A stretch of 64,000 nucleotides of DNA from the human T2T-CHM13v2.0 reference genome, Homo sapiens: assembly GCF_009914755.1 (NCBI RefSeq), contig NC_060928.1, one strand, 5' to 3'. A program made the position numbers and the translations under genes. The notes under the pieces were generated by a model, which had not been told where the DNA came from, searched no databases, and saw only the letters and a list, made by a program, of their open reading frames with translations. Shown here one piece after another: positions 26,516 to 40,450 of this stretch (position 1 is its first letter; each line of letters starts with the position of its first letter).

Positions 26516-26840
26516 CAGCAGTCCCCAATCATTTTGGCATCAAGAACCAGTTTCATGGAAGACAATTTTTCCACAGATGTGGTAGGAAGATGGTTTGGGG
26601 ATGAAACTGTTCCGTCTCAGATACCAGGAATGAGATTCTCATAAGGAGCATGCAACCTAGATCCCTTGCCTGTGCAGTTCACAGTAGGGTTCACACTCCT
26701 GTAAGAATCTAATGCCGCTGCTGGAGGCGGAGCTCAGGTAGTAATGCGCATTCACCCACTGCTCACCTCCTGCTCCACTGCCAAGTTCCTACCAGGCCAC
26801 AGACCAGTACTGGTAGGCAGCCTAGGGCTGGGAACCCCTA
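26516..26840 (+). mobile_element. MER1B (hAT-Charlie MITE)
   Basis: cagcagtccccaa...tttcatggaagacaatttttccac...gattctcataaggagcatgcaacctagatccct...ggaacccct; 8-bp TSD ctttagaa / ctttagtg. Confidence 0.92.
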
Positions 26841-28319
26841 CTTTAGTGGACACACTTTGAGTAATCATCTGAGTACTGATCAGCGCATGGATGTGAGGAA
26901 ACTACTCAAGACTGGGGAAAATCACCCGAGGATTAGAGGGCACAATATCTGAAGATTTTGTAGGTCTGGGAATATTTTCTGTTCCTACCAGGCAGAGGGT
27001 AAACCCTCATAATTTATAGCACATTACTTATCTCACTCAGAAGAGTCTTTCCTCAGTAGCAGAGAAAAAGGACACAGAGTAAATCTTTATCTTGTCCCCC
27101 TCGAAAAATTTTAAAAACCTCCTCAAGTTACAAAAGCATCAAACTCTTTCTAAGTAACTTAAACACATCCCAGAAGAAAGCTAAATAATTTTTGTCTGTA
27201 TGATTACAGGAACATTTTTGTATGAATAAAAACATGCCCAGCAATCAATTACATAAAGTTTTCAATGTTTATAATCCAATCAAAATTGGCCAAGCATAAA
27301 AAGAAGCAGAAAGATAAAACCTGTCATAAGGATTATATTAATCAATCAAAAGTGACATAAATGACAAACCTGTTGGTATCAGCATAGGAGGCATGAAAAC
27401 TGATATAACTGTATTTCATAGGTCCACAAAGCTAGAGGAAAACTTTAACATGTAAATTAGAGACGTGGAAAATACAATGAGACCCAAATGAAACTTCTAA
27501 AAGTGAAAACCACAATGACGGAGATGAAAACTACACTAGATAGAATTAAGAGAAGTTATTTATTGTAGCCAAAAGTATTACTGATCAAAGTAATAAAAAT
27601 AATCCAACATGAAAGACAGAAAAGAATGACCAGAAAACAAACACACCTAATTAGTACCAAACATAAGTGAGGTGTTGGGTATGTATGTTTGTGTCCTAAT
27701 ATATGTGTAACTGGATTTCCTCAAAGGAGGTCAAGGATGGAAGAAATATTTCAAAAAATTACTGTCCAAAATTGAAGAGAATTATAAATACACAAATTAA
27801 AGAACATTAATCACATGAAACAAGAAGATAACTACACCAAATTACCATAAAATTATTGAAAGTCTGTTATAAAGGGAGAATTCCAAAAACAGTCAGATAA
27901 AAAAATGAACAAATGAACAAATATAAAAATGACAGCTGACTTTTGTTTGGAAATAATGTAAGCTGGAAGATAGTGCAGAACTCTATATAGTAATGAAATA
28001 AAAAATAAAGTACTAGCTGTCTAAAATTTTAAAACCAGGGAAAATAATTTTCAGAAATTAGGGGGAAGACTCGACTATTTGAGATGTACAAAAGCTGAAA
28101 CAATTTAAAGAATTTATCACCAGCAAATATTCACTGCAAGAAATAATGAGGAGTCCTTCACGTAGCAAGGAAAAATACGGAATAAAAATCTGAATCTACA
28201 CATAGGAGTGAAGAAAATCAGAAATGTTGATACAATGGGCATTTAAAACAAAGCTCTTTAAAAGTTAATTTATCGTTTAAGGGAAAAACTATGGCAATGC
28301 ATTGCAGGGATTTATAATG

Positions 28320-28492
28320 GGATAGAGGATAGTGGTTTAGGCTTCGTAGAATCTGTTTTTTCTCTGTTGAACATTATTCTGTTTGTTTCATAACATTTTA
28401 GAAGAGAAAAAAACTTTTTTTGCTGTTCTGAGATTATAAAAAACAGTTGTTTGTTAAATTTGGCCCACAGGATACAGTGTACTAATCCTTCT
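28320..28492 (+). mobile_element. MER58C-like hAT fragment
   Basis: tttaggctt...tctctgttg...aaaaacag...atttggcccacagg...agtgtactaatcct resembles the 3' half of MER58. Confidence 0.4.
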
Positions 28493-28856
28493 TTACAACA
28501 TAAGTAAGAATAAAACATATGACAATTGCTGAAAGGTGACTGTTATAAATTCTAATTTTAAACACAGAAAGGTAAAATATCATTTGAATATAGCTTGTGA
28601 TAAGCTATACTTGTACACTACAATACATAAACAATAAAGTAACACAACAAAAAATTTGCCAAAATCTAAAAAGAAAAACAAAATAAAATAATAAAATACA
28701 TTTGACCCTTGAATGATGCAAGGATTAGCTGCATCAGCCCCCTGAATAGTCAAAAATTTATATATAACTTTTAGTTTCCCAAAAACTTAACTTCTAATAG
28801 CCTACTGTTGACCAGAAGCCTTACAGGTAACAAAAACAATTGAACAATGCATATTT

Positions 28857-28897
<41 letters not shown>
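28857..28897. repeat. (TG)n(TA)n microsatellite inside Tigger2
   Basis: Directly visible. Confidence 0.95.
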
Positions 28898-28898
<1 letters not shown>

Positions 28899-29106
28899 CT
28901 TTATTCTTACAGTAAAGTAGGCTAGAGTAAAGAAAAAATAAGAAAATCAAAGAAAAGAGAAAATATACTTACTGTTTATTAAGTGGAGGTAGATCATCAT
29001 AAAGGTCTTCATCCTCATCATTGTCACATTGAGTATGCTAAGGAGAAGAAGGAAGGGAAGGGGTTAATCTTGCTGTCTTAGGTAGCCAGATTTGTTAATC
29101 TTGCTG

Positions 29107-30306
29107 TCAGAGATGTAACGAGTGATGGTAAAAAGGGGAAGCAGGTCCATGCTGTGTCAATTTACATAAATACATCATAAGTTCTGTCTGATGTTTTTGC
29201 TTTTTCATTTCTCTAAAAATGTTTCTATATGGTACCAATTCTTTTTCTATGATTTTCTTTAGTTTCATTCCCTGCATCTCAGAAGTGTCCATGTGGTAAA
29301 AGAAGTAAAAAGTCTTGAAAAATCAGAACGTTCCTGCCAAATTGTCTAATGTCAATTTGTTTTCTGACATTGCTTCTTATACATCCTCACCATCTGGCAC
29401 TGGTTTGGACACACTCATCTTCAATCAGGTTGTCTTCTGCTAATTCCTGTAGTATGTTGTCTACTAGATCTTGAATTTCTCTAAGATTCATATCTTAAAA
29501 CTCTTTACACTCATTTTCTTTTCTTTTTCTTTTAACTAAATCCACAGTCTCTTTCATTATTTCTTGACTGGCTCTGTTGTAAATCTGATGAAGTCACACA
29601 CAACATCTGGACACAGTTCTCCCGCAGAAATTTATTGGTTTGAGCTTGATAGCTTTCACAGCTTTTTCTGTAACAAGAATGCATCTTCAATAGTGTAATC
29701 ATTGCACATTTTTATGATGTTCTCTCTATCGAGGTTCTTCTCTATAATGTTGACAATCCTTTCATACTGTATCATTTATAGTGAACCTTAAAGGGCCTTA
29801 TGACTCCCCTAATCTAGAGGCTGAATCAAAGACATTGCATCTGGAAGCAAGTAGACCACTTCAATACTTTCAGTATTGTAGTCATGGAGTTCTGGGTGGC
29901 TAGGGATATTGTTCAATACCAGAAGAATTTTCAAAGGCAATCCCTTACTGTTGAGGAACTTCTGACTTCAAGGGCTAGGCATCAATGGAACCAATCCAGA
30001 TGAAATGTTCTTCTTGTCAGGTCTTCTTGCTATATAACGAAAAGACTGGCACCTAGTGTTTATCATTTCCCTTCAAGGTTTGAGGTTAGCAGCTTTATAA
30101 ATGAGGACAGCCTTTATCATTAACCCAACTGCATTTACACAAAACAGTAGAGTTAGCTTAAAGTTTTCTGCCTCAAGTCCTGGTAATAGCTTCTCTTCCT
30201 TATTCATAAACGTCCTTTTTGGGATATTTTTCCAGAATAGAGCACTTTCCACTGTATGAAAACCTTGGTCAGGCAGATATTCTTTCTTCTCATTGATTCT
30301 CTTAAT
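29107..30306 (-). pseudogene. Decayed Tigger2 pogo-type transposase (DDE domain and C-terminus)
   Basis: Translation resembles the pogo/Tigger motif YLPEQVFNADESALFWK...LTLLFCANAVG; it contains stops and frameshifts, and the first catalytic Asp is replaced (HTVE). Confidence 0.85.
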
Positions 30307-30576
30307 ATATATAATTTATGCATTCCTGACATATCTTTTTTACTTTTTATATTTTCAGGCTATGTGTTTTGTCTGGGATTGTTTTCAAATTGTCATAAAT
30401 CTTCAAATATTTTCCAATGCATTTACTGAAAAATATTCATATATATGTAGACATATGCAGTTCAAACCCAGGTTGTTCAAGAGTAAATTGTACACTCAAT
30501 ATATTTTCAAGAGACAGAAAAAGAACAAAAAGTATACAAAAAACAGATATGACTAATAGAAAACACATAGCAAAGT

Positions 30577-30923
<347 letters not shown>

Positions 30924-31408
30924 TTAAAATGAACTATACCATCAATAACTTAAATGATCTAGACATCTCAATTAAAAGAAGGTATTATCATATTTGATAA
31001 AAAAAAGTGACACCACTATATGTTGACTAGATCACAGACACAGATTATAATAATGGAGGAAATATGCTATGTTAATATCATGGTATAAAAATATATCAGG
31101 ATAAATATACATTAATCAAACAAAAACTGGAATGTTTCATTGGTTCTAGAGAAAGGAATATCACAAGGGATGTAAAAATCATTTTATAACAGTAATGCAG
31201 TCAATTCATCAAGAAGACCTAAACATGTATGCATGTAATATTAGAGCTTCATGATATATACACTGTATCTGATACAACTGAGAAAAATGCACAGAAAAAT
31301 AAACATAACCACAATTAGAATCTGAACAAGTAGATAACTTTCAATAGAAAGCCAAGAACAGTATGTGGGCTCACATATGTTTAGTGATTGAGAAATGAGA
31401 AATGCCAT

Positions 31409-31860
31409 TATATCACTTTCCCAGGGCTGCCACTGCAAAGTATTGCAAACTAGGTAGCTTAAACACAGAAATTTATTGCTGCACGGTTCTGGAGAACAGA
31501 AACTCAAAGTCATGGTGTTGGTAGAATCACGTTGTCTTGAAGTCTCTAGAAGATAATCTTCATTGTTTCTTCCTAACTTCTGTTGGTGGCCACACAACCT
31601 TGGCATCCTTTGACTGGCAGCCACATCAGTCCAATCTTTCCTTTTGCTGTCACACAGGATTCTCCCTGTGTTTCTGTCTCTTCTCTTATTGTAAGGACAT
31701 TAGTCACATTGGATTAAGAGTACTTTCTACTCAAGTATGGACTCATCTTGACTTAACTAATTAAATCTTCAATGACCTCATTTCCAAACAAGTCACATTG
31801 TGAGGTACTAGAGGTTAGGACTTCAACATAACTTTTGAAGGACACAATTCAACCCATATT
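31409..31860 (-). mobile_element. MLT1C-like MaLR solo LTR
   Basis: tttcccagggctgcc...cagaaatttattg...gttctggag...taaggacattagtcacattggatta...tttccaaacaagtcacatt...gacacaattcaacccata. Confidence 0.88.
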
Positions 31861-33076
31861 AGCTACAGTTAAATTTTCGGTAATGTAGGGTATGAATTCA
31901 TGGTAAACTGATTTTCAATTGAATATATAAAATATGACAGAAAAAGGGAAGACCTGAAAGTTACTCCTAGCTTAAAGCCTGAGTCTCTAGGAAAAACACA
32001 GAGCCAGTTACAGAAAAAGGGAATAATATATTCTATTTTGAAACTGGTCAATTTTAGGCAATAATGGGTCATTATTTGTCATTTCTGTTTACTGATTTTC
32101 CTCCTGAAGGAAGAAAGGAGATGATTTGGACAAAAGTTGTTTACATCTGTATCTCCTTTCTTACCAAAAAAGCATCAGTCTCTTCTCCACTAAATCATTC
32201 CATCTATCATTCTATGTACTGGTTCTCATAATAAATATCAAGGACATTCTCATTCTTTGCACAGATATGATAGATGAAGTCATAATACTATACAATGCAT
32301 AGAAAAAATAATTTTTTAAACAAAACATGGAGTCCTATATCTGTAACGTTGGTGGATGCTGCATGCACTAAGGGCTCCAGAGAACACAGAGTCTAGAACA
32401 ATGAGATAGAGGAGTAATCGTAACCACAGAACAAGAGACAAACCATACTCATCAATATTGGGAACACAGATGATCAAGATCAGCTGTTTCCCAGCCAACA
32501 CTTACAGGTAGCTAAAAGATGAGAGGAAAACACAAGCAAACAATAAAAATGGAAAACTTTTTATTCAATTTGGAGGAAATAACTGGTAATCTTGAAGAAA
32601 GTAATTTCAATAAAATTTTTGTATTGAAAACAAAATTATTGGGATCTAAAGAGGAAAAGTAGATGTTAATCATATTTTAAATTATTTTTTATTCAAAGCA
32701 AATAGACAGTGGTAGCATGAAGAAGTACAAACGATGATAGGTTTTGGTTTTCTTTCAACAAGGGAATTGTTCTAACCAAATATGTTAGATAATAAGATGA
32801 AGCCTATGCATAAAAAGGCTAAAAATACAGGAGAGAGAAAAGATCACATATTGGATTACAGGATATTTGCAAAACTCGTATTTCTCTGAACCATTGTATC
32901 TGCTTTTCCTTCTGCTTTCCTTCTGAATCCATTCCATTTTCTCCACTGCAAATAATTCATTCATTTTTTGAGTGTCTGATAAGCAAATATCATAATCTAG
33001 TGTGGCTTGATGTTCTGTAATTTGAGTCGTAAGGTGGTAATATTATCAGATTCAAAAAGAGTTAATATAATTTTGA

Positions 33077-33581
<505 letters not shown>

Positions 33582-33639
33582 TAGTTTTATCCATCACTTT
33601 TTTTAGAATCTATGAGTAAATATAATTACATTTACCATA

Positions 33640-33860
33640 GAGTGAATGCTTGCTATTTTCTATGCAAATATTGACTAATTCAATCATTGAAATAACTGTG
33701 TTAGTCAGTTTTATACCCATTTGTAATTGAGAAAACTGATACACAAAAAAGTTGTTATATTCCCCAAGCTACATGTTTTATAAAATGTGAAAATACATTG
33801 AGAACTAAGCAATGAGGTTGTAGAGTTCTCATTCTTATTTGCTACAGTGTGTTGTCTCAT
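33640..33860 (-). mobile_element. MIR
   Basis: atacccatttgtaattgagaaaactgatacac...ccccaagctacat matches the antisense MIR core. Confidence 0.6.
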
Positions 33861-34024
33861 GGGCTCAATTTACACATATTTCTATCATTTCCAAGAATGA
33901 GTGTGAGAGAGAATACATTTATATGTTTTGAAGTAATGTTCACTACTTTTCTGTTTGTTGTCTTTCTATGAACTTTAAACGTAGAAAATTTTAAGTTTTA
34001 CAAAACGTAACATAAGAGAAATAA

Positions 34025-34026
<2 letters not shown>

Positions 34027-34059
<33 letters not shown>
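34027..34059. repeat. (GT)n microsatellite
   Basis: Directly visible. Confidence 0.97.
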
Positions 34060-34060
<1 letters not shown>

Positions 34061-35848
34061 CTTTGCTGCTCCTCACCTCTCCAATGAACTTCAAGTTCAG
34101 GTATTAATTCTAAAAGTCAAAATTGTACTGCACTTTAATATTCTTGTGTAACAAAACTACGAACTATCTGAAATAGTCGATATTACAAGAGAGTCTTATA
34201 AAGGACATGCCAGCCAATTTTTGACATATATAATGTTAGGGACCTTAGTACAACCACGTCTCAGCAGTAGCTGAAAGGTTAATGGAATTGGGATTTGTGC
34301 AGACATGACTGATTTTCCTCCTGCGGAAAGAGAAGGATGGAGGAAAGAAGCTGATTTGGATAAAGACCTTTAATGTCATTCACATTTACATCTTCCTTTT
34401 TAAGGGAAGCACAGCACATGTCTCTTTGACAGCAAATCACTGTAATCTCTTAGAGGCATCCAAAGCTTATCAAAGAAAACATTGTTCAACCAAGAATAAG
34501 CTAAGAGACAAGATTAAAAAGTTTGAGAAAAGCAAAAACAAACCCTGTGAATCAAGCAAATCTGAGTAGTATTTCTGTTTTAAAGTTAGTATCTTACTGA
34601 TATAAAACTTGAATATTTAAGGGCATGGCTTCTGGCTCCTGAATATTATATTACAATTTTCAGGGTACATTTCTATCATTGTCCCTATAAAGAATGAAGT
34701 TAAAACTTCATTTTCAATAGCATCAAGATGACACTCTACAGCAGTTTGCCATGAAGGACGTTACTTCTTTTTTCCTTATGCATGAAGAAACCTATTTTAT
34801 TTTTTTAAGCCTTCCATTAAGAAGTCATTGTTCAGCCTTTGGATTCTTGTTGGGATATAGCCATTGGCTCATGTTTTGGCATGTCTTCACAAGGCAATGC
34901 CATCACAGCTACAAGGGCAAAGCAAGGCAGAGTTGAGACCATTCATTCAGCACTACATTCTTTTAAAAATTGATTTAGATGAATATGCCCAATATAAGGT
35001 TTTGAAGAAATTATTTTAATATATTCTGTACTTTATAATTTTATGTGTGATTTTAATTTTTTTGAAGTTGAAAACAAAATGTGCAAAGGAAGAAAAAGGC
35101 TGAAAATAAATAGCATGGTCCATTTTTGTCATTGTCATAAATTTTAAGATGCCTTGATTTACAAATATTCTACAAATTTACAAATATAGAAATCTTACAA
35201 ATGTTCTTTCTATTTTTTTACATGTAAACTTCACTCATTTTTCATTTAGTATATGTAAATATCTTCCCTCTTAGAAACAGGTTTACCAAAAATTATTTCT
35301 GCACTTAAGTAAATAAAATATATTACATATTATAAACTAGGAAAGTTGGTTGCAGATTGAAATGAAATAAGTGCATATTGATATTTAGTATCATCTTGAT
35401 TGCAGTATTTTTTTGCCAAAGATGTTTAAGATAAGTAAAATAAACCAAAACTATAGCTCTGATAATATGCCGCAAATTTTGATTGATTATTATCACCTGA
35501 TGGCCCCTCCTCACCTTTCTCTGTAGAATAAAAAATAAATCAGAGGCAGAAAATATTGATTCTTCATTCCTGATGCAGTTAATATTTACTCTACTGATGA
35601 TAACATATTTATTTAATATTTCAAACTAGGAAAGGGAAAAGCAGAAACATAAATTTATACTATTGACATGAAATAGTAAATGTTAATGTAGTCTGGGTCT
35701 AGAAACCCAGACACAGCTAAAGAAAGGCATATAAGATAAAGGAATATGAGACGGCAACAGTTTTAGGGTTCACATAACCCAACACTTTTGTTAAAGCCAG
35801 AGAAACTGAAGCCCACACATGAGAGATGCCAAGGTCAATATCTTAAAC

Positions 35849-36062
35849 CAGGGGTCAGCAAACATTTTCTGCAAAGGGCCATATAGTAAATATTTTACGT
35901 GTTTAGGGCCCTTTGATGTCAGTTGCAACTACTTAACTTTACTGTTGTAGTAAAGAAACAGTCACAGAGAATATGAAGACAAATGAGGATGAATATTTTT
36001 AATAAAGTTTTATTTATAGACAATAAACTGGATTAGGTGCATGGGCCATAGTTTTTCCCCTG
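35849..36062 (+). mobile_element. MER58A (hAT-Charlie), inserted in an antisense MIR
   Basis: caggggtcagcaaacattttctgcaaagggccatatagtaaatatttt...gttgcaactact...aataaagttttattta...gggccatagttt..cccctg; MIR-like agaaactgaagccca immediately upstream. Confidence 0.85.
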
Positions 36063-36570
36063 CCAAACTTGTAAAGTAGTGAGCTATAAAAGTAAGGGAC
36101 AAGAACTCAGAAATCAGCTCTAAGAGCTGTTCATCATCTACTCCGAGACACTATTCTTCTAACTTACATTTATGCTTTGACACCTGTAACATGGGAAAGT
36201 GATTCTTTTGGAGAATGATCTGAAGGATTATAAAATGCTTATTGAGGTGTAAGCAACCACTAAGCTCATATAACCTGCAGAGACTGGATTATCAGAAAAA
36301 AATAACAAGATAATCTTGAAAGATTATTTGATTCATACACTATTAAGAGAGTCTATAAAATGTATTCTAAATTGATGGATGTGATTTAGATTGATGCCTC
36401 AAAATAGTGCCACCTTAAATTTTCGGGTCCACTAATGACTGATGACAATTGAAAGAGTTAAATCTATGAACATCACTACAGTTTTTTTAAAGAGAGGAAA
36501 CAATAACAACTTCCTGCCTCTAAAGACACTATGCAACAACACGCAATAGAATTGGGTGTGCTAGGTTAAT

Positions 36571-36727
36571 TCCTAGTCCTCCTCTCCTTCCTCCTCCTTC
36601 TCCTCCTCCTCCTCCTCGTCTCCTTCCTCCTCCTCCTCCCCCTCCTCCTCCTCCCCTCCTCCTCCTTCCCCTCCTCTTCCTCCTCCTCCCCCCCTCCTCC
36701 TCCTTCTTTTTCTATCTTCTTCTTTCT
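36571..36727. repeat. (CCT)n / polypyrimidine low-complexity tract
   Basis: ~155 bp made almost entirely of C and T. Confidence 0.95.
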
Positions 36728-37034
36728 AAACACACTATATACAATTACAAATATGTTCTGAACTACTGTTGTATCCACATATGACTATGTAGACCAGTAA
36801 AAAGTTTAACACAGCATAGATTACTGAAAGCTCAGGTAATGTATAACGTGATATCATCAGTTATCACTTCTCTCTACTTAAAAAGCTATTTGATAAAGAG
36901 TAGCGTTGTGAATAAATACTTGATACAATCACATGAATTAAATCTACTTTTTTGAGAGACAAAATACAAAATAAGATATAATAAAATGTTACATCCACTC
37001 ATCAAAAACCAGTTTCTGATATTATGCATTAAAT

Positions 37035-38125
37035 TGGCTAATATTTAATTAATACTTACTATGAGTTATGCAGGGTGCTAATTGTTGAAGAATCAGAGAT
37101 AGAAGGCAAACAATGTTCCTTCTCTCCTAGACCTTTAACTAAAAAGAAATTTATAAAACAATTATCAGCAATAATAAATTCCAGGAAGGAAAAAAAAATA
37201 AGATGGTGGTTAAGAATAGTCCCTGTGCTTAAGTGATCTGAATCTTGAAAGATAAAATGTTTGTAGTCATTCTAAGAGTGAGGAAAAGAGAATTACAAGC
37301 AGAGAAAGTAGAATTAACAAAGTCCATATACAGAATCCTGAAAGAAATAGCACAACATATTTAAGAAAAAAATGAAAATTGATCTTTCTGAGGAATTGAG
37401 CAGATGAAAAGGAGAAATTTGGGGAGCTGGCTAGAGTTTAGATAAATAATGCTGAATCTTCTATGTCATGTTTAAGACTATTTCATGATCATATAGGATA
37501 TTGAAAAAGAAATAAATTGATATTGGAGCAAGAGTGAACAATAAGAAGTGTTTAGTTGCAAGAGTGTGGGTAAGAGATGAGTGGGTGCTATCTATATATT
37601 AGAAGACAGAAGGGGCTTGCAGTTATGGGAGTTATGGAGAGAGAAGAATCAGGATTGATTGCCAGGTTTCGAATTTGAAAGGTGAATCTCATTGGGTGGG
37701 TTAAGGGTGAATGGGAAATAAAAGTGTTGTGAAGCCCATCAACTGATACAGTTTGGAGACACCATGCAGTGTAGAGTTCACAGAAGAGGTATAGGGCTGG
37801 AGATTTGAGAATTGTCTGTAATGTTCTTAAATGCTGATGTGAATTAGATTTCCATAGAGAAAAAAAGTGGGAGCAGAATTTTCTTAAATGAGAAAAACAG
37901 ACATAATTTAGGAATTAGCAAGAAAATTAAGAAACAAAACAAAAACAGTGTCATATAATCTATACATTTCAAGAGGATGAAAATAGTAAATTGTGCCAAA
38001 TATTGTCAAAAGATCAAGGAAACTGGAGGCAAAGAGGTATCCACTGGATTTAGCAACAGACAATTTGACCTCAAAAAAGATCCGTTTCAGTAGAGCAGTG
38101 CTGACAAATCTAGAGTAAAGTAAAC
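37035..38125 (-). mobile_element. L2 (L2b/c-like)
   Basis: Antisense L2 text: atacttactatg...gagaattacaagcagagaa...gggctggagatttgaga...tccactggatttagcaaca...gtttcagtagag. Confidence 0.7.
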
Positions 38126-38144
38126 AGAAGATAAATTGGACAAT

Positions 38145-38770
38145 CTTTGCTAAACACGGCAGATGGAATGCACACATTTATTTTTACTCCTCCAAAAAAT
38201 ACAACTAAATGAGAGTAATGTATTTAAAAAGTCATAAACTCCAAATGACGAAGTGAAGAACGCATTAAATAACAATGGAATAAAATATTGTAAATAAAAG
38301 GAAACTGACAAGTGTTAGCATACTGGATAATGTTGAAACTTTAACTGAGCCGCCCAGATGAAAAAATCTTTAGATTCTGACATTTGTAGATCTTTATATA
38401 GAAACAGGCTGTTTTATATAAAACAGGCAGCTTGCTACTTCATTGCCTTTCAAACAACAATCCCTATACAGTACATGCACACAGAGATGGCAGTCTCTCT
38501 CATAAAGTTGCACTTTTTACCTGAACAAACCCCCAAGAATCCCCAATTACTTGGCAAAAATCTCTAATGTGAGACAAGAATGAAACAGGCACAATGAAAC
38601 AATAACAAAATCAATCAGAACCAAAAATTCAATGATAAAACAACTATAACATACAAATTACACATAATAATAAAACTTCTAGTAATACTAATATAAATAA
38701 ACATTTAGAAAACATTTAAGAGCATTTGGAATTCAAATGTTGTTAACAAATATATAAAAGTAAAAGAAAT
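38145..38770 (+). mobile_element. HAL1/L1ME-type 5' fragment
   Basis: aaacacggcagatggaatgcacacatttatttttactcc...aactaaatgagagtaa...aaaagtcataaactcc resembles the HAL1 5' end. Confidence 0.5.
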
Positions 38771-38995
38771 ATTGGTGATAGTATTGGGTAGGAGCCAACT
38801 ATATTAGCTCATAAAAACCTCTTCTTCAAACTTCATGCAATTTTGTGAGCTATGGTTAAATAATAAATTATAAAGTTACTGTTGAATAAATTATATTTAA
38901 AACAGAAAATATATTCAAACGTATCAATTCCTAATTATTTTAATTCATTTTCCTGTTATATATGTCCTTGATGTTATTTAAATCTATTGCTCCTG

Positions 38996-39935
38996 TGACG
39001 ACAGCAGCAGCCCATCTGGAACAGCTGCTGTGAAGACACTGGCGGAAGTGAGGGAGGTACTGCTGGGATTGCATGCTCTGCAGGGCTGATGCAAGCCAGG
39101 AACAAGTGGGAGCCCCACTTCCTACTGAGTTAACGGGGTGGGAGCCCTGTACTCTTGAGCACAGCTGCAGCTGCCAAGGCATGGCTTCAGACCTGGGCAT
39201 CCCCGAGCTCTTGGGGGCCCAGTAAGCCCCTGCCACCGCAGGCTTATAAGTGCCTGCTCCCACTGTCTGACCTCTCCCTGCTTCCGGCACCCGTTCTTGT
39301 GTGAAGCAAAGTAGTGGCTGAGCCCGGGTGCTGTCATGACATGGCTGGGTGTGCACATGCTTGGGGCGGCACTGAAACTCCAGCTCCCTGCCACCTTGGC
39401 TCCCTCCAGACTTTGGGTGCAGACCAGCGTGGGAAGGAGGAGGGGTGTGTGTTTGGGGGGTGGTGCTGAGGGCAGCTCATCCCAGACATGGAGGCACCCC
39501 TTAGCACAAACAGCCTGGGTGTTGTGGAAGGCATGTTAATGGCAAGAGGAAGACATGTTCCTGGACAGAAAGGGATGGGTCCCTGGGCAGAAAGGGGTGG
39601 GTCACTGGGCAGAAAGGGGTGAGTCACTGGTGAAACCTCACCTTCAAGCTGGGGACAGCCTGAACCCTGGGGGCTGGGCTGCCAGGTACCAGTGGAGTCT
39701 GCAGCTAGGAGTGAGATATTAGAGTGTTTTTTCCGGCCTCACCCATGACCACCCATGGCCCAATTAGCATACACTTCCTCCCTTTTGAGCCCATAAAAAC
39801 CCTGGAATCTGCCAGTCACAGACACAGGGACAACCAGCTGTGGGAAGAAGCTACTCACTTCAGGTCTCCTCTCTGCTGAGAGTGGGACACTCGTCAGGCT
39901 GACCTGCCTGCAGAAAGGAGGTACCCACTTCGGGT
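38996..39935 (+). mobile_element. MER52A ERV1 LTR, 3'-truncated
   Basis: Starts tgacgacagcagcagcccatctgga (MER52 5' end); GC-rich body with cttcctcccttttgagcccataaaaaccctgga and gacctgcctgcagaaaggag..acccact; stops abruptly at ~39935 with no terminal CA or TSD. Confidence 0.88.
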
Positions 39936-39939
39936 AAAT

Positions 39940-40450
39940 TTTCCCCAGAAGCTCCCAGGGGATATACTCCATTAAAACAGTACAAATGAGAAATAGGAAC
40001 ATAATAGATTCAGGAAATAGATTCAGTAATTCCAGTAGAAAAGAGGACAAAGGAATTTTCTTGAACAATGGAAAAACAAAACCCTAGAAAGACATCTGTG
40101 AAACAGACCTACACAGCTTTTGATATTGTTTGAGTCAGGAGGGTAGATAACTTCAGGATACATATCACCAGGAAACCGACATACAAAGAAAAACCTGTCA
40201 GACTGATAATTTTAAACATTTTGGGAAGAATGTTATGACTGATAGAGAGTTGGAAAAAACAATCTACTTGGAACTTTCACAAAGATAAGTTAAAAAATAA
40301 TCTTTTATGAAACTAGAGAAAATGCAAATGCATATAAGACAGAAAATTTAAGCAAAATCTACTGTGTGGTTGAGGCTAAAACTACAATTTATAGCAGTAA
40401 TAATGATTTAATCAAATATGATATATCTATATCTGAATTTAAGTATATGA
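39940..40450 (+). mobile_element. HAL1 3' fragment
   Basis: gaagctcccaggggatatactcca...caggaaatag...gaggacaaaggaatt...gacatctgtgaaacagaccta resembles the downstream part of HAL1. Confidence 0.55.

Larger units (their letters stand above)
28699..30490 (-). mobile_element. Tigger2 (TcMar-Tigger), internally deleted, both TIRs present
   Basis: TIRs catttgacccttgaa (28699) and ttcaagagtaaattg (30490), each flanked by TA. Minus-strand transposase remnants read IKRINEKKEYLPDQGFHTVESALFWKNIPKRTF and LVPYRNIFREMKKQK. Confidence 0.92.

Noticed and set aside
36566-36778. Glu/Arg-rich protamine-like ORF
   Set aside because: It is a translation of the (CCT)n tract.
38940-40068. ORFs of 67-138 aa
   Set aside because: They are chance frames in the GC-rich MER52A LTR.
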